In this document: positions 31,217 through 32,000 of the stretch, piece after piece
How positions within the stretch are numbered: position 1 is the stretch's first letter
Layout of the letters: every line of letters begins with the position of its first letter
DNA from: Telmatocola sphagniphila
GTDB taxonomy: Bacteria > Planctomycetota > Planctomycetia > Gemmatales > Gemmataceae
Direction: 5' to 3'
Length of the DNA stretch: 32,000 bases
Assembly (NCBI RefSeq): GCF_018398935.1
Contig: NZ_CP074694.1
Span: 690,001 to 722,000, forward strand
Program-made: the position numbers and the translations under genes
The notes under the pieces: generated by a model
Databases searched by the model: none
What the model was told of the DNA's origin: nothing
The model's input: only the letters and a program-made list of their open reading frames with translations

Positions 31217-32000
31217 TTACAGCTGCTTCCAAAGCACGAACCAGAAAAAGGCACCCGCTCCCATCAGGAGAATGAGCACTTGAATCCAATTTTTGAATTT
31301 GGAAATGAAGGCATCCAAGCCCATCCACTTACCGCTGGGGGTGGAAGCGATCACCATCAGGGCCAGCATTTCAATGATGTTCTTGTTCACGAACAGATAG
31401 TTCCCTTCGCTCTTCGGCGAACTCGGCAACCAGGGGAACGGCGAATCGACCAGATAAGTGGATAACAGAAAAACGATGCCTCCGAGGCAGGCAATCCGGG
31501 TGAAGAAACCCGCCAGCAAGCCGAGGCCGATGCTGAACACCCCCCAGCGTGTGGCAAAATTCACCCAGTAAAGATTGTCCTTGCGGGGTTTATCCAGGTT
31601 GGCGGTAACCTGAGCATCCGCTCTCTTGCCGAGAACTTTGACTAGGTCGTCCTTCAATTCCTGGGTCTTCTCATCCAGGTCCTTGTTCAACTCACCCCGT
31701 AGTTTGATGATATCGCCACGGAGGGCCGTGATCGCGGGCCCTTTTCGGCCATCTGTTCCAATCGTTTCCAACTCCAGCTTAAAGGTGTCCTTCAAGGCAT
31801 CCAATTTTTTGTGATAATTTGTGATCGTATTCTTGGTGGGTTCCTCGACATCCGCTGTGCCGCCGCCCCCCGGACTGGCTTTCTTGGTGTCGCGAGTACC
31901 GTTGAGCCAGATGTAAAGGTTGGCTTTGGCCTCCTTCAATTTAGCATCAATCGCCTTGTTTTCCTCGTCCGTTGTCGAGTAGGCCGCTTTGAATTTGGCG
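31217..32000 (-). CDS. Membrane protein: charged coiled-coil N-terminal part plus a DoxX-like multi-TM C-terminal part (5' end outside the window)
   Basis: The frame stays open from 31939 to the window edge ('...AKFKAAYSTTDEENKAIDAKLKEAKANLYIW'). The C-terminal ~120 aa contain hydrophobic helices 'WGVFSIGLGLLAGFFTRIACLGGIVFLLSTYL', 'NIIEMLALMVIAS' and 'VLILLMGAGAFFWFVLW'. The DoxX assignment is tentative. Confidence 0.4.
   Translation of the reverse strand, partial: AKFKAAYSTTDEENKAIDAKLKEAKANLYIWLNGTRDTKKASPGGGGTADVEEPTKNTITNYHKKLDALKDTFKLELETIGTDGRKGPAITALRGDIIKLRGELNKDLDEKTQELKDDLVKVLGKRADAQVTANLDKPRKDNLYWVNFATRWGVFSIGLGLLAGFFTRIACLGGIVFLLSTYLVDSPFPWLPSSPKSEGNYLFVNKNIIEMLALMVIASTPSGKWMGLDAFISKFKNWIQVLILLMGAGAFFWFVLWKQL

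Noticed and set aside
1-32000. Search by eye for tRNA T-loop/acceptor patterns, rRNA, CRISPR-like spaced repeats, transposase/integrase/recombinase genes, terminal inverted repeats, toxin-antitoxin pairs and known defence-system signatures
   Set aside because: None was found. Every long ORF is accounted for by housekeeping, envelope or signalling families. A computational scan (tRNAscan-SE, Infernal/Rfam, a CRISPR finder, ISEScan, DefenseFinder) would be needed to exclude small or degenerate elements.

Overview
This 32-kb chromosomal segment looks like a Planctomycetota genome. That is an inference from gene content: a DUF1559-domain protein, an ECF sigma factor translationally coupled to a Ser/Thr kinase, a PEP-CTERM protein, a Tat-signal Gfo/Idh/MocA oxidoreductase, a DUF1080-like fragment and an N-terminal 'FETLHERNPAS' motif. 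I call about 29 protein-coding genes, tightly packed on both strands. I found no rRNA, tRNA, CRISPR array, transposase, integrase or long terminal repeats, so it does not look like a mobile island.

Housekeeping genes are a HIT protein, prfB, tsaE, trmB, a FabZ-like dehydratase, ridA, proS, an SDR, a GH16 glucanase, a hotdog thioesterase and a CUT2-type ABC ATPase plus permease. The ORF track misses the first 23 codons of prfB, which are joined by the classical CTT-TGA-C +1 programmed frameshift.

The candidates most worth follow-up are:
1. 3390-6374: an ECF sigma factor, a kinase carrying an HxxxCxxC zinc-anti-sigma motif and almost no ectodomain, and a secreted coiled-coil protein.
2. 22342-27197: an 799-aa protein with no signal peptide, an Asn-variant RTX-like nonapeptide beta-roll and two split GlcG/DUF336-like modules. 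An outer-membrane beta-barrel gene lies divergent to it and a small secreted protein gene lies downstream.
3. Divergent enzymes: an RNase HII-like protein with a large insertion, and a HAD-like protein with both catalytic Asp residues replaced.
4. A DUF1559 domain with a Sec signal and a novel N-terminal domain in place of the usual pilin-like N-terminus.
5. A 1204-aa kinase with a putative beta-helix ectodomain, upstream of an ABC transporter that has no adjacent binding-protein gene.

All functional calls rest on motifs read by eye from the translations. No database search was run, so novelty cannot be confirmed here.
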